Below, in pieces: positions 8,937 to 17,929 of a DNA stretch of 34,769 nucleotides; the stretch's first letter is position 1; each line of letters begins with the position of its first letter. Location: positions 1 to 34,769 of the forward strand of contig CAXHAT010000078.1 in NCBI GenBank assembly GCA_964014485.1. Reading direction: 5' to 3'. The stretch comes from an uncultured Deferribacteres bacterium. Lineage in GTDB: Bacteria; Zhuqueibacterota; Zhuqueibacteria; Zhuqueibacterales; Geothermadaptataceae. The translations under genes and the position numbers were made by a program. The notes under the pieces were generated by a model. The model had not been told where the DNA came from. It saw only the letters and a list, made by a program, of their open reading frames with translations, and ran no database searches.

Positions 8937-10118
8937 TCATTCGGAAGGCGCGAGTTTGCTGGAAGCTTCTTTAAAGAGAAAAACATGCTTGTCTTCACTG
9001 CCGACGACAACATAATCGCCGACAACAAGCGGATTGGTGCGAACGCGACCTCTGAGCTCGGCCTGCCACAGACGTTTCCCCGTTTGCAGATCAAGCGCAT
9101 AGAAATTCTTGTCCAATGAGCCGAAATAAACGACTTCGCCTAAAATAAGCGGCGAAGTGCTGATCGCTGAACCAGCCTGGAAAGACCAGAGCATTTCGCC
9201 GGTTTTGGCGTCGAGACCGTAGCATTTGCCGTCCCCGGCGCCCAAAGCCAGAACGCCGCCGCCGATGGCGGGAGTTTGGCGCACGCCGCCGCCCGCTTTC
9301 CACCGCCAGACTTCCCCGCCGTCCGCGAGACGCAGTGCACGAACCGTGCTGTCAATCGATGCGACAAATATTAATTCATTTTGAATCACAGGTGAAGCGA
9401 AAATCGCCGCCCCTCCCCCGCTCTGCCAACGCAGTTCGCCGGTCGCGCGATCCAACGCGTGAACGTTTCCGCCGTCGTCGCCGAAAATCATCAGTTTTTC
9501 AGACAAGCTTGACGAGGTGTGCGCCTGACTGTCGAATGCGTATTTCCACAAGTGTTCGCCAGTCGCCAAACTATACCGGTCGGCGTGTTTGAATCTCGCC
9601 ACGACGTAGACCGATGAATCCGCAACGACGGGTTGCCCGGAAAGCAGCCCGGCGCGCCGCTTCCAGCGGTACTTCGCGGTTTGCATGTCGTAGCACGCCA
9701 GTGTTTCGCGCCCCAATTTCACGCCCAGCAGCAGAAGCCCGTCTTTATGGGCGCTCAGAATCGGCTCAATTTTGTCCTGTAATTTAATTCTGCCGTGCGC
9801 TTTTTTCATAGCCGTGTCATAAGCGTAAATACGCCCGCGTTGCGTTCCCACGATCAAAACGTCGTTAATCGCGGTTAAATTTTGCACCGGCGCGGCATTA
9901 AAAGTGAAAGTGTTCACCAATTCCAAAGGTGGCGTGGGCCCGGTTTCACGAAAACCGGTTTGCGCCAAATCGCCGCCGGCGGTGAGCCAGCTTTTGGAGC
10001 CGCCGGGTTCTTGCAGTTGCAATTGCAGAACTTTACAGCCGCAGAGAGATGATGAGATGATTGAAAAAAGCAAAGGTAGGCAAAATATCGAAAGTTGCCG
10101 CTTATGCCGGCTTGTCAT
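8937..10118 (-). CDS. PQQ-like beta-propeller lipoprotein, BamB-like
   Basis: Repeated Trp-docking motifs (ALDRATGELRW, GLDAKTGEMLW, ALDLQTGKRLW). A start at 10118 gives MTSRHKRQ, a hydrophobic stretch and lipobox LCGC. The track's TTG start at 10202 runs through a repeat. Confidence 0.8.
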   Translation of the reverse strand: MTSRHKRQLSIFCLPLLFSIISSSLCGCKVLQLQLQEPGGSKSWLTAGGDLAQTGFRETGPTPPLELVNTFTFNAAPVQNLTAINDVLIVGTQRGRIYAYDTAMKKAHGRIKLQDKIEPILSAHKDGLLLLGVKLGRETLACYDMQTAKYRWKRRAGLLSGQPVVADSSVYVVARFKHADRYSLATGEHLWKYAFDSQAHTSSSLSEKLMIFGDDGGNVHALDRATGELRWQSGGGAAIFASPVIQNELIFVASIDSTVRALRLADGGEVWRWKAGGGVRQTPAIGGGVLALGAGDGKCYGLDAKTGEMLWSFQAGSAISTSPLILGEVVYFGSLDKNFYALDLQTGKRLWQAELRGRVRTNPLVVGDYVVVGSEDKHVFLFKEASSKLAPSE

Positions 10119-10197
10119 TTTGAAAAGCCGTAAGGCCGGCGAAGCAAAATCTTTTTTTGTCAAAAGCACTGAACTCCTGATAAAACTCAAAAATGAA
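10114..10197. repeat. Degenerate GTCATT(C/T)TGA-type palindromic element
   Basis: GTCATTTTGA...GCGAAGCAAAATCT...CTCAAAAATGAA resembles the GTCATT...AATGAC elements elsewhere in the window. Confidence 0.4.
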
Positions 10198-10236
10198 GGC
10201 AAAAAAACGCTTCTAACATGACAAACTTAGTCGATA

Positions 10237-13155
10237 CTAAAAATCCCAACCGAAGAAAATTTTGTGGAGCCAGCGGGATTCCAATTGGAAAGCGTCGCCG
10301 TCGAAGCCGCTGCGAATGTTTTGAATGTTAAATCGGCGGCCAAAATCGTAGCGCATCACGAGAAATCCGCCAATGCGAACACGCGCGCCAAAACCCGTTG
10401 CACCCAAAACGCTGTCCAACCTGCGATCCCAGGCATTGCCAACGTCAAAAAACGCCGCGCCTTGAATGGAGCGAAATCCAATGCCGCCAAAAGGAAAGTT
10501 AAGCGAGAAGCGTTCGATGAACGGGAAACGGATTTCCTGGCTGACCAAGAAAAGCTTTTTGCCCCAAATCTGCCAGCGCGGGTAGAGGCGCAAATCCCAG
10601 CTTCCGCCCATAAAAAAACGGTAACGCTCCGCGCCCTTGCCTTCGTTAATCGCCGTCCAGAGACGCGTGGCGTAGGTGATGCGCGGGGTCAGTCGGAAAT
10701 AGCGTCGGTAGTCGGCCATGATCGTATAAAAATTTGTTTTTGCGCCGCTCACATCAAGCGTGTTTCCGAGCGTCAGGCTGAAACGCGAGCCGTCCACCGG
10801 GCCGCTTGCGCCCCACAATGAATTGTCTTTCACCAGCGAGACCAAATTTGACAGCAAAAGCCCGTTCACGATGCCGCCGAAGCCAAAATCTTCGCGATTG
10901 GATTGGCGAAAATTCACGCTGGCTTCAACTCTTTTAAATACCGAGAGCGGATAGCTCAAGGAGGCAAATCCGCCGTAGCGCCGCTCAAAGAAAAAGCCGT
11001 CGGCGCGGTTGTAATAATTTCCGGCGTAATGGTAAACGCCGAAAGCCTTGTTCATACGGCTGCCAAGATCGACTTTGGTCACGGCAAAATTGAAGCTTTT
11101 CAGAAAATCGTTGCGCGTGTTGGCCGTGTTGTAAAGCAAAAAATAGTATTGCGAATTGCCAAGCATGTCGCTCATCGCCACCTGCGCGCCGCCGAAAGTG
11201 CCGAAAATCGGATCTTGCGCCACCTGGCTTTGAGCGATGTCCAGGCTGAATTTTTTCTTGTAACTGATGCTCGACGCTTCAGATTCGCCGCCCAATTTTG
11301 GCGGAACCCAAGCCAGGGGAACGCTGTGCATACTATCCGTCGCCACGACCTCAGCCTTTTCAAAAGGATCTTGCAAGCTGCGCAAGCGGCGCAATTGGAA
11401 AGAAAATCCTTCGAAGGCCGTGAAAAGCAACGCGCCGTCGGAAGTCCACGCGGGATCGAAAGCTCCGGTGATAAAATTGGTGAGTTTTTTGAGCTCGGTC
11501 GATTCCTTAATCGCGGAAGGGTATTTGTTTTTCGAACGATCCAATCCGTTCGTCTCGCTGCCGCCGTTCAAGCTTGCCACAAGATGCGGCTTTTGCTCCG
11601 GCGCCTGCATCATCCAAATATTGAAAGCGCCGTCGCGGTCGGAAGTAAAAACGATTGATCGGCCGTCCGGCGACCAGACCGGAGTCAGATCCTTCTGTTC
11701 GCCAAATGTCAGATAAGAAATGTCGCCGCTGCCGATTTGATAAAGAAAAAGATTGTACGCGCCGTCTTCGCCGCCTGTGGTTCTGTCTGAACTGAACACA
11801 ATGTAATCGCCGTTCGGCGACCAGGAAGGATCGCGATCATCGTAAAAATCGTTGGTGAGCTTTTGCAGCTCTTTGCTGACGAAATTGTAGGTGTACAGGT
11901 CGCTTCGCCCGCTGAAATCGATGCCGGTAAATACAACTTCCAGATCGTTCGGCGCCCAATTCGGCGAGTAGAGCGAGACAAGATTTTCCGGCTGGACACG
12001 CTCCAACACTTCCTTGCTGCCGATGTCGATTTTATAAATCGCATCCTTGCCCTTGCTTTTTGCAACAATGGCAAGTTCGCCGTTATTGTTCGCGTGAATT
12101 TTACTTTTGAGCAGATTGAACGACTCAAACTCCGTCGTGCGCTCGCCCTTCACAACCACGCGCAGTTCTTCCCCCGGCTTCCGAATTTCGTAAGGCATTT
12201 CGTAAACATTCGAATAGCCGACGCGATTCGATACAAATACGACGCTTTCCTTGCCATCGTACGCGCAATAGGCTGGCTTCGTGCTAATGCCTTTTTTGGT
12301 CAAACGCTCGGAGACCATGCTTGGCAGATCGCTGTCTTCAAGAATCGGATATTTTTTCTTCATCTGGTCATAAAACCAGATCTCATCAAATTCCTGATAG
12401 CTCACGCCCAAGGTTAAGCGCATGACTTCGGAAAAGCTGTCCGACATCCAGATATTTTCCATCATCTGCAGCAGCTTTTCTTCCCCAAATCGCTCCGCGA
12501 TGAAACGACAAATCGACTGGCCTTCCTTGTACATTAAAAACGAGCCGTAAATGCGATACATTTGCGTCAGCGGCACCAGGTAGCCGGAAATCGTGGCGTC
12601 TCGCAGGAACATCTCGGCTTCCGTATCCCAGCCCTCGCCCCAGTATTCCGCAAGTCCTTCCGTGAACCAAAGCGGCGGTCCCGGAGAAGTTGTTTTGCGG
12701 TGGTTTTTAAGCGTTCGCCCAACTTTGCTTCGCATAAAAACATGGACCAATTCGTGGTTGATGACATGTTTAAAATCGTGCAAAGAGCCGTTGGCGGGAA
12801 TAACGACGCGGCCTTTGAGAAATTCAAAAAAACCGCCGACGCCCGGTGAAATCAGGTTTGGAATGGTGTTGGTTTGCTGAAAATGCAGATGGTTCGAGTA
12901 AAAAATCAGGGGGATCTTTCGCAGAATGTTGTGGTCGAATTTGTCGACCAGCCGCGTGTAGGCGTCTTCCGCGTATGAAGCGCCGATTTCGGCCAGATCG
13001 CGCATCTCGGGATAGTAATAAATATCGAAATGCTCGGTCTTGAGAATTTGCCAATCAAATTTATCGTACTGGACTTTGTTACGGCCAAAATAATATTGGG
13101 AAAAAAGCGGCGTTTGACAGGCGAGAAGAAGAAAGGTTAGAAAAAGGCGCTTCAT
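10237..13155 (-). CDS. Omp85/BamA-family barrel fused to an N-terminal gluzincin (MA clan) peptidase and a PD40/TolB-like propeller, paralog 1
   Basis: Signal peptide; HELVH plus WFTEGLAEY; PD40 repeats (PSWSPNGDYIVFSSDR, PVWSPDGRSIVFTSDR); barrel motifs GGSWDLRLY and FFDVGNAW; C-terminus FFGWDF. Confidence 0.85.
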   Translation of the reverse strand: MKRLFLTFLLLACQTPLFSQYYFGRNKVQYDKFDWQILKTEHFDIYYYPEMRDLAEIGASYAEDAYTRLVDKFDHNILRKIPLIFYSNHLHFQQTNTIPNLISPGVGGFFEFLKGRVVIPANGSLHDFKHVINHELVHVFMRSKVGRTLKNHRKTTSPGPPLWFTEGLAEYWGEGWDTEAEMFLRDATISGYLVPLTQMYRIYGSFLMYKEGQSICRFIAERFGEEKLLQMMENIWMSDSFSEVMRLTLGVSYQEFDEIWFYDQMKKKYPILEDSDLPSMVSERLTKKGISTKPAYCAYDGKESVVFVSNRVGYSNVYEMPYEIRKPGEELRVVVKGERTTEFESFNLLKSKIHANNNGELAIVAKSKGKDAIYKIDIGSKEVLERVQPENLVSLYSPNWAPNDLEVVFTGIDFSGRSDLYTYNFVSKELQKLTNDFYDDRDPSWSPNGDYIVFSSDRTTGGEDGAYNLFLYQIGSGDISYLTFGEQKDLTPVWSPDGRSIVFTSDRDGAFNIWMMQAPEQKPHLVASLNGGSETNGLDRSKNKYPSAIKESTELKKLTNFITGAFDPAWTSDGALLFTAFEGFSFQLRRLRSLQDPFEKAEVVATDSMHSVPLAWVPPKLGGESEASSISYKKKFSLDIAQSQVAQDPIFGTFGGAQVAMSDMLGNSQYYFLLYNTANTRNDFLKSFNFAVTKVDLGSRMNKAFGVYHYAGNYYNRADGFFFERRYGGFASLSYPLSVFKRVEASVNFRQSNREDFGFGGIVNGLLLSNLVSLVKDNSLWGASGPVDGSRFSLTLGNTLDVSGAKTNFYTIMADYRRYFRLTPRITYATRLWTAINEGKGAERYRFFMGGSWDLRLYPRWQIWGKKLFLVSQEIRFPFIERFSLNFPFGGIGFRSIQGAAFFDVGNAWDRRLDSVLGATGFGARVRIGGFLVMRYDFGRRFNIQNIRSGFDGDAFQLESRWLHKIFFGWDF

Positions 13156-13465
13156 TCGAGAACCTCATGTTGGCGCTTTGAAATCAACGAGAAAGAGGTA
13201 AGCAAATTTCCTTCCGCAATCAAGCGAATTTTCATGATGCGACGGCGGCGAATCAGGCTGGCGTATTCTTATTTCAACACGCTGATCCGCCGATCTATTT
13301 CTCATTGATCTCCAAAATGAGCCGTCCGTGCTCGTTTTCTAAAAATACCTTTCATCCCGACAAATTCGGAGAGTTTTGAACAAAGTTTGTTTTATGGCAA
13401 GTTGTTTGGACCAGTATTCGTCAATCCTTTTCCGAGACTCAAGCTCAAACAATGCTTCATTACGG

Positions 13466-13589
13466 CTCGTTCCCAAACTCCGGCTTGGGAATGAAAATGG
13501 GCGAGAAACTCCAGTTTCGAACCAAGGAATTCACTCGAAACTGGAGTTTCGAGTACAATTGCCTTCCCAATCCAGAGATTGGGAAGGAG
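13466..13589. repeat. REPIN-like palindromic element (CTCGTTCCCAAACTCC family)
   Basis: Terminal hairpins TTCCCAA...TTGGGAA (13466-13493, 13563-13589) and an inner 16-bp IR GAAACTCCAGTTTCGA (13505-13520 / 13535-13550). Confidence 0.85.
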
Positions 13590-13707
13590 TGCTGTGGGTA
13601 TTTCAAAATCAGGTTGGCGGGAATGACGTAGAAGCAATGTTTTAATTGAGTCGCTCTTTTTTTGCCGCGCGTAACAACAGACGGCAAATCGCTTCGGCCA
13701 ATATTCG

Positions 13708-14865
13708 TCAATCTTTGCCGAAAACGTAAACATGCGTAAACGTCAATTCCCCTTCGCTCTCAGGCACCTCTCCAAAATCGTTCCACTTTCGGATTTTGTT
13801 GATGATGCAATACTCCAAATCATCTTTCAAATCTTTGTTGTTGAGCGTTGACCTGACAATTTCCGCGAAAGAAACACGTCCCCAAATATCTACCGTGACG
13901 CGAACGGTGACCTTGCCCTTAAACTGATCATCTTCCTTCAGGCCGATGCGGTAACAATCTTGAATCGCCGTATTGTGGCCGACAACTGCGTCTTTGATGT
14001 GCTTGGTCGTTCTGCGGGCGTAGCGTCGTCGAACTTTGCGTTTCAACCCGCTCAAGGCACCGCCCGTCGGTTCTTCTGAAATGCGTTTGAATTCGCTGTT
14101 TTTGGCGACTGTGTGTTTTGGCGTCTTGGCCAGGCTGCTGACAAATTTTTCCGGTTTGGCCTTTGTTTCGCGTATGCGGGTATTGGGTTTCGCCGATCTT
14201 TCGGCAAGGTAAATATTCCGATCCTTTCCTAAGCCGCGCCCATGAAAATCCTTGCCGGGCCGCGGCACTTCCAGGCTCGTCAACCCTTCCAATTTTTTCT
14301 TCAGGTCGAGGGAGGTGGAATCGGCGAAATTCAAAATATCGGTCACGCTTTTCGGATTCTGGGAGTCCCGGCGTGAGGTCAACAATCCAAGTAAACCGAC
14401 TTTTTCGATTTCATCGCGCTCATCATCCCGCCCTTTCTTCCGTCGTTCCGCGTCCGATTCACGCGCTTTCCGCCGATCTTCGAAGTTTTGAGGCGTCGGG
14501 ATCAAAGACTGATCTCGCGCGCCCCCTGAAGGCAGCGTAGGCTGGACGGCGTCCGGGTTTAACGTTTCGTGATAAAGCAGATTCGCCCATTCGGCGGCCG
14601 AACGTGCGCTCACCGTTGCAGTCGGACGCTCAACCATCCGCGCATCCGCATTTTCCAGCAAGCGGTTCACATAGCGATTCTGTATTTCGATCACAAAATC
14701 GCTGTCCGTGCGCGGAAAATTCTGCACCATCCAGACGATAGTGACGCCGGTGGCCAAAAACGAAAAAAGTAGTATGTATAAAAAGCGCCAATCCGTGGCT
14801 CGCCAAAAGTCTCTTTTCAACTCTTTGGGAAAACGCTTGAGTTTGCGTACAGACTTTTCTGACAT
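13708..14865 (-). CDS. TonB-like energy transducer with an AgmX/PglI-type C-terminal domain
   Basis: Single N-terminal TM, charged linker with GLLGLL, and C-terminal AIQDCYRIGLK...KGKVTVRVTVD..GRV...LEYCIINKIRKW. Confidence 0.75.
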   Translation of the reverse strand: MSEKSVRKLKRFPKELKRDFWRATDWRFLYILLFSFLATGVTIVWMVQNFPRTDSDFVIEIQNRYVNRLLENADARMVERPTATVSARSAAEWANLLYHETLNPDAVQPTLPSGGARDQSLIPTPQNFEDRRKARESDAERRKKGRDDERDEIEKVGLLGLLTSRRDSQNPKSVTDILNFADSTSLDLKKKLEGLTSLEVPRPGKDFHGRGLGKDRNIYLAERSAKPNTRIRETKAKPEKFVSSLAKTPKHTVAKNSEFKRISEEPTGGALSGLKRKVRRRYARRTTKHIKDAVVGHNTAIQDCYRIGLKEDDQFKGKVTVRVTVDIWGRVSFAEIVRSTLNNKDLKDDLEYCIINKIRKWNDFGEVPESEGELTFTHVYVFGKD

Positions 14866-15139
14866 TTATTTCAATCCTTGCCTGTCGAAATTTTGGGCAA
14901 CCCTTCAGACAAAAGCGCATCGTTTTACGCTCAGCTAGTTGCTTCAAAACGCCGGCAGATCTCCTAAAATCAAGAATGCTCGTTCCTCGCCCTTAAATCC
15001 TTTGAAGCAGGCCTTGATGTATGTGCTCGTAGAAGAAGCTATTCAGGACGGCATGACGAGGCGGGCGTTCTCACCCTGAGACAATTTAAAGCGTGCAGTT
15101 CTCATATTGATACGCCAGATTTCACGATTTGCAGAAATT

Positions 15140-16048
15140 TCACGCATATAATGCATTGTGAATTCGCGAAAGCCCGGTTTTGCAATCGCTCAAGCGTCCG
15201 TCGAGAATGGCGGCGAGACGATCTGTGTTTAACGACAGGTTTTTTGGGGAAATGTGAGCGAACGGATAATCGCCCAAAGGCGTGGGTTTTATCAAGTCGT
15301 CGGGAAGATTAAAAATATCGCAGACGTGTTTGCCAAAAGTCACGCGGTCTGTTTTTTCGCCGCCTCCAACATTGACCACGCCGCAGACGCCCAGCTTTGC
15401 CAGATGTACAAGCGTTTTCGCGAGTTCAATCACTTCAACGGGAGTTCGAGTCTGGTCAAAAAACAGCGGAGCTTCCTGGCTGTTTTGCAGCCGCTGAAGC
15501 AGCCAGAGTAAAAATGACGATCCGCGCCCCTCCTGAACCGGGAAACCGTAAATCAGCGAAACACGCGTTGCCAACGCCTTGGGATTGACTTTGAGAACGC
15601 CTTGCTCGGCGGCGCGCTTGGTTTTACCGTAATGGCTTTGCGGCTTCGTCACGTCGTTCTCAGCGTAATCGCCCTTCTCGCCGTCGTATACCATGTCCGA
15701 CGAAACAAACACCATTTTACAACCGATTTCGGCGCAGACTTTGGCCAGATGAATCGAAGCTTCCGTGTTAATGATCCAAGCTTGTTTTTTATTTTTCTCA
15801 CACCATTCAACGCGGCTGTTCGCAGCGGCATGGATCAACGTCTTTGGTTGAAGTTGATGCAGAAAATCCCGCACAGCAGAAAAGTCTGTCAAGTCAAGTT
15901 GGCGATAATTGTATCGGGGATCATCAGGAGGGTTGGCATGATATAAGCCGACAACGTCTTTGGGTTCGTTTAAATGCACGAGATGCGAGCCCAAAAAACC
16001 AGAAGCGCCGGTCACGAGAAGTGGTGTATTCGAAGCTGATTTCGACAT
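15140..16048 (-). CDS. SDR oxidoreductase, dTDP-4-dehydrorhamnose reductase (RmlD)-like
   Basis: VTGASGFLG Rossmann motif, SSDMVYDG, catalytic YGKTK, DQTRTP. Confidence 0.85.
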   Translation of the reverse strand: MSKSASNTPLLVTGASGFLGSHLVHLNEPKDVVGLYHANPPDDPRYNYRQLDLTDFSAVRDFLHQLQPKTLIHAAANSRVEWCEKNKKQAWIINTEASIHLAKVCAEIGCKMVFVSSDMVYDGEKGDYAENDVTKPQSHYGKTKRAAEQGVLKVNPKALATRVSLIYGFPVQEGRGSSFLLWLLQRLQNSQEAPLFFDQTRTPVEVIELAKTLVHLAKLGVCGVVNVGGGEKTDRVTFGKHVCDIFNLPDDLIKPTPLGDYPFAHISPKNLSLNTDRLAAILDGRLSDCKTGLSRIHNALYA

Positions 16049-16087
16049 GTTCCGTCGCCATGAAAAGAAATCATTTTTGCGCCAAAA

Positions 16088-16888
16088 TCAGAATTTCAAT
16101 TTCATTTGCAAACCCCAGCCGCGCGCGCGTTCGACTTTTTGCCAGCCGAATTTATATTTCAATTCTTTCGATGTGGATTTCGCGTTGTTCTCGGATTTTC
16201 TTGCCTTCCACATCGCGTGAATCGCGCTGGTCAAGTGGTTGGTGATCACGCCTATGACAGCAAATGAGCTACGTTCCGAAGCCCTGTCGCGACGAATCCG
16301 AAGGTTTTCAAACTCGCGTCTGTTCTCCCGGTCGTTCCAGGTCCAAAATTCATCACCAGCCGGATCGCGCAAATCAAAGGTATTGCGCTGTCGCAGCTTT
16401 TCATCGTTGAAATCCCGGATCGAGTCAAAGTTACCGACGTCCACCCAGTATTGCGCCGTTTTCGCTTGCGTATTCGTTACGCCCGCATGTTGCATCGCCA
16501 AAGCGCTGAAATCGTCTTCTAGCCAATTACTGTAACGATGGAATGCGACCGCGCCGCCAAGAAACGCTATTTCAGAAAGAATAAAAGTTCGCGCCGACTT
16601 TTTTGCGCCCAGGCTATGTTGTCCCCACCCCGGCAGTAATAACGATTTGAAAAAAGCGGATTTCGAGCCGCCGCTCGCCTGAACTTTCGGCGCGTCTTCC
16701 GAAATCGCCAAAGCGCCGGAGTTCGCATTTTGCCGCAGGTTCAAACTGAACTCTGCATTTGTAAAAGCGTCAGCGGCGGTCTTCGGGTTCAAGTTCTGCG
16801 CCTGTAGCGTCGCACAGCAAAAGAGTGCGCAACAGGCTGTTAAACAACAAAAATTTGAGAGTCTGGGAGCGTTCTTATTTTTAGTCAT
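16088..16888 (-). CDS. DUF5683-like exported protein, paralog A
   Basis: Signal peptide, SLLLPGWGQ motif, NHLTSAIHA, and a C-terminal alternating strand GLQMKLKF. Confidence 0.7.
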   Translation of the reverse strand: MTKNKNAPRLSNFCCLTACCALFCCATLQAQNLNPKTAADAFTNAEFSLNLRQNANSGALAISEDAPKVQASGGSKSAFFKSLLLPGWGQHSLGAKKSARTFILSEIAFLGGAVAFHRYSNWLEDDFSALAMQHAGVTNTQAKTAQYWVDVGNFDSIRDFNDEKLRQRNTFDLRDPAGDEFWTWNDRENRREFENLRIRRDRASERSSFAVIGVITNHLTSAIHAMWKARKSENNAKSTSKELKYKFGWQKVERARGWGLQMKLKF

Positions 16889-16894
16889 AGCTTC

Positions 16895-17689
16895 CTACCA
16901 GGAAAACTTAAACGCTAATGCAGGAACCAGTTCATTTTTGTAAGGCTTCATTTCCATTCGCAAGGAAGTTTGAAGCTTTTTGTCCTGCTTCCGCGCCGTC
17001 CATGCAGCTTCAAAAGCGCTGAGCACGTGGTTGATGATAATCAGCGACGATGCGGCGCGGGCGCGCTCAAAAGCGTCGTTGCTGTCTTTCCGCATAAATG
17101 TATAATCTTCACGGTTTTGGCTGTCCGTTGCGCGGTGCGAATTGGTATCGTCCCAGCCGACGTTGAATTGATTGTACTTGCCGATATTTTCGTAATACGT
17201 CTGGTTTTTCTCTTCCGGCAAATGGTGGCTGAACGCGCCGCGCTCATATTCGCGCAACGCCGTCATATCGCTGCGATCTATCCCGCTTTCCTGCGCGATA
17301 GCATTCCAGTATGTGTCTTCATCCCAGTGCAAATCAGCGTACTCTTCAAAAACCGCTTCGAGTTCGCGGCCTTCTTTGCGCTGATCTCTGCCGTAAAGAA
17401 TAAGCCCGACTTCCGCCGCCAGAAATGCGCCGGCTCTTAAATAAGAGTGGTTATAAATTTGTCCGAGTCCCGGAACAGCGACGGAAAGCAACAACGCCTT
17501 CGGCGCACGACTGGTTGTCGTTTTTTCAGCAGACGTTTCTTGCCATGGCTCCGTTTCTATCCGGCTAAAGCTGTAATAATCGCGAAAGTCCACCGGCAAT
17601 GGTTTGACGTTTTCCGAATTTTGCGCTGCTGCTGAAGAAAAAACGAGCGAAACAGCCAAGCTGAAATATACGATTTTTCTCAATCCCAT
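16895..17689 (-). CDS. DUF5683-like exported protein, paralog B
   Basis: Start reassigned to MGLRKIVYF (17689) because the track's upstream extension reads through the MITE. Signal peptide, SVAVPGLGQIY, NHVLSAFEA, C-terminus PALAFKFSW. Confidence 0.75.
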   Translation of the reverse strand: MGLRKIVYFSLAVSLVFSSAAAQNSENVKPLPVDFRDYYSFSRIETEPWQETSAEKTTTSRAPKALLLSVAVPGLGQIYNHSYLRAGAFLAAEVGLILYGRDQRKEGRELEAVFEEYADLHWDEDTYWNAIAQESGIDRSDMTALREYERGAFSHHLPEEKNQTYYENIGKYNQFNVGWDDTNSHRATDSQNREDYTFMRKDSNDAFERARAASSLIIINHVLSAFEAAWTARKQDKKLQTSLRMEMKPYKNELVPALAFKFSW

Positions 17690-17720
17690 TTTTCTTCCCG
17701 GAACATTCTTAATTATCAGT

Positions 17721-17926
17721 TCACTAGCTGATACTTTTTCTATAGGCTTCCAACGCTGGCGAAAGAGGCCGGAATTGTCACGCTGGAAGCATCTTTTTTG
17801 ATCCAACCCTTGAACTTTTGGGCATGAGCTGTACTGGGCGATAACAAAGATTCCTCCAGAATGACAAAACGAGGCTTTTCGACGGCTCGAAAATGCAGTT
17901 TACAAAAAAGTGTCAGGTAGAGAGAA
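17721..17926. mobile_element. MITE-like non-autonomous element, copy 2
   Basis: Colinear with 5511-5714. Ends AGCTGATACTTTTTCTA / TACAAAAAAGTGTCAGGT. Flanking direct repeat (AA)TTATCAGT at 17711-17720 and 17925-17934. Confidence 0.85.
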
Positions 17927-17929
17927 TTA

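Noticed and set aside
13376..13733. Three short overlapping ORFs
   Set aside because: They translate palindromic repeats (for example LVPKLRLGNE) and show no protein-like features.
14866..15139. Possible structured RNA or repeat remnant (GGCATGACGAGG)
   Set aside because: Only short imperfect pairings are visible, insufficient to call.
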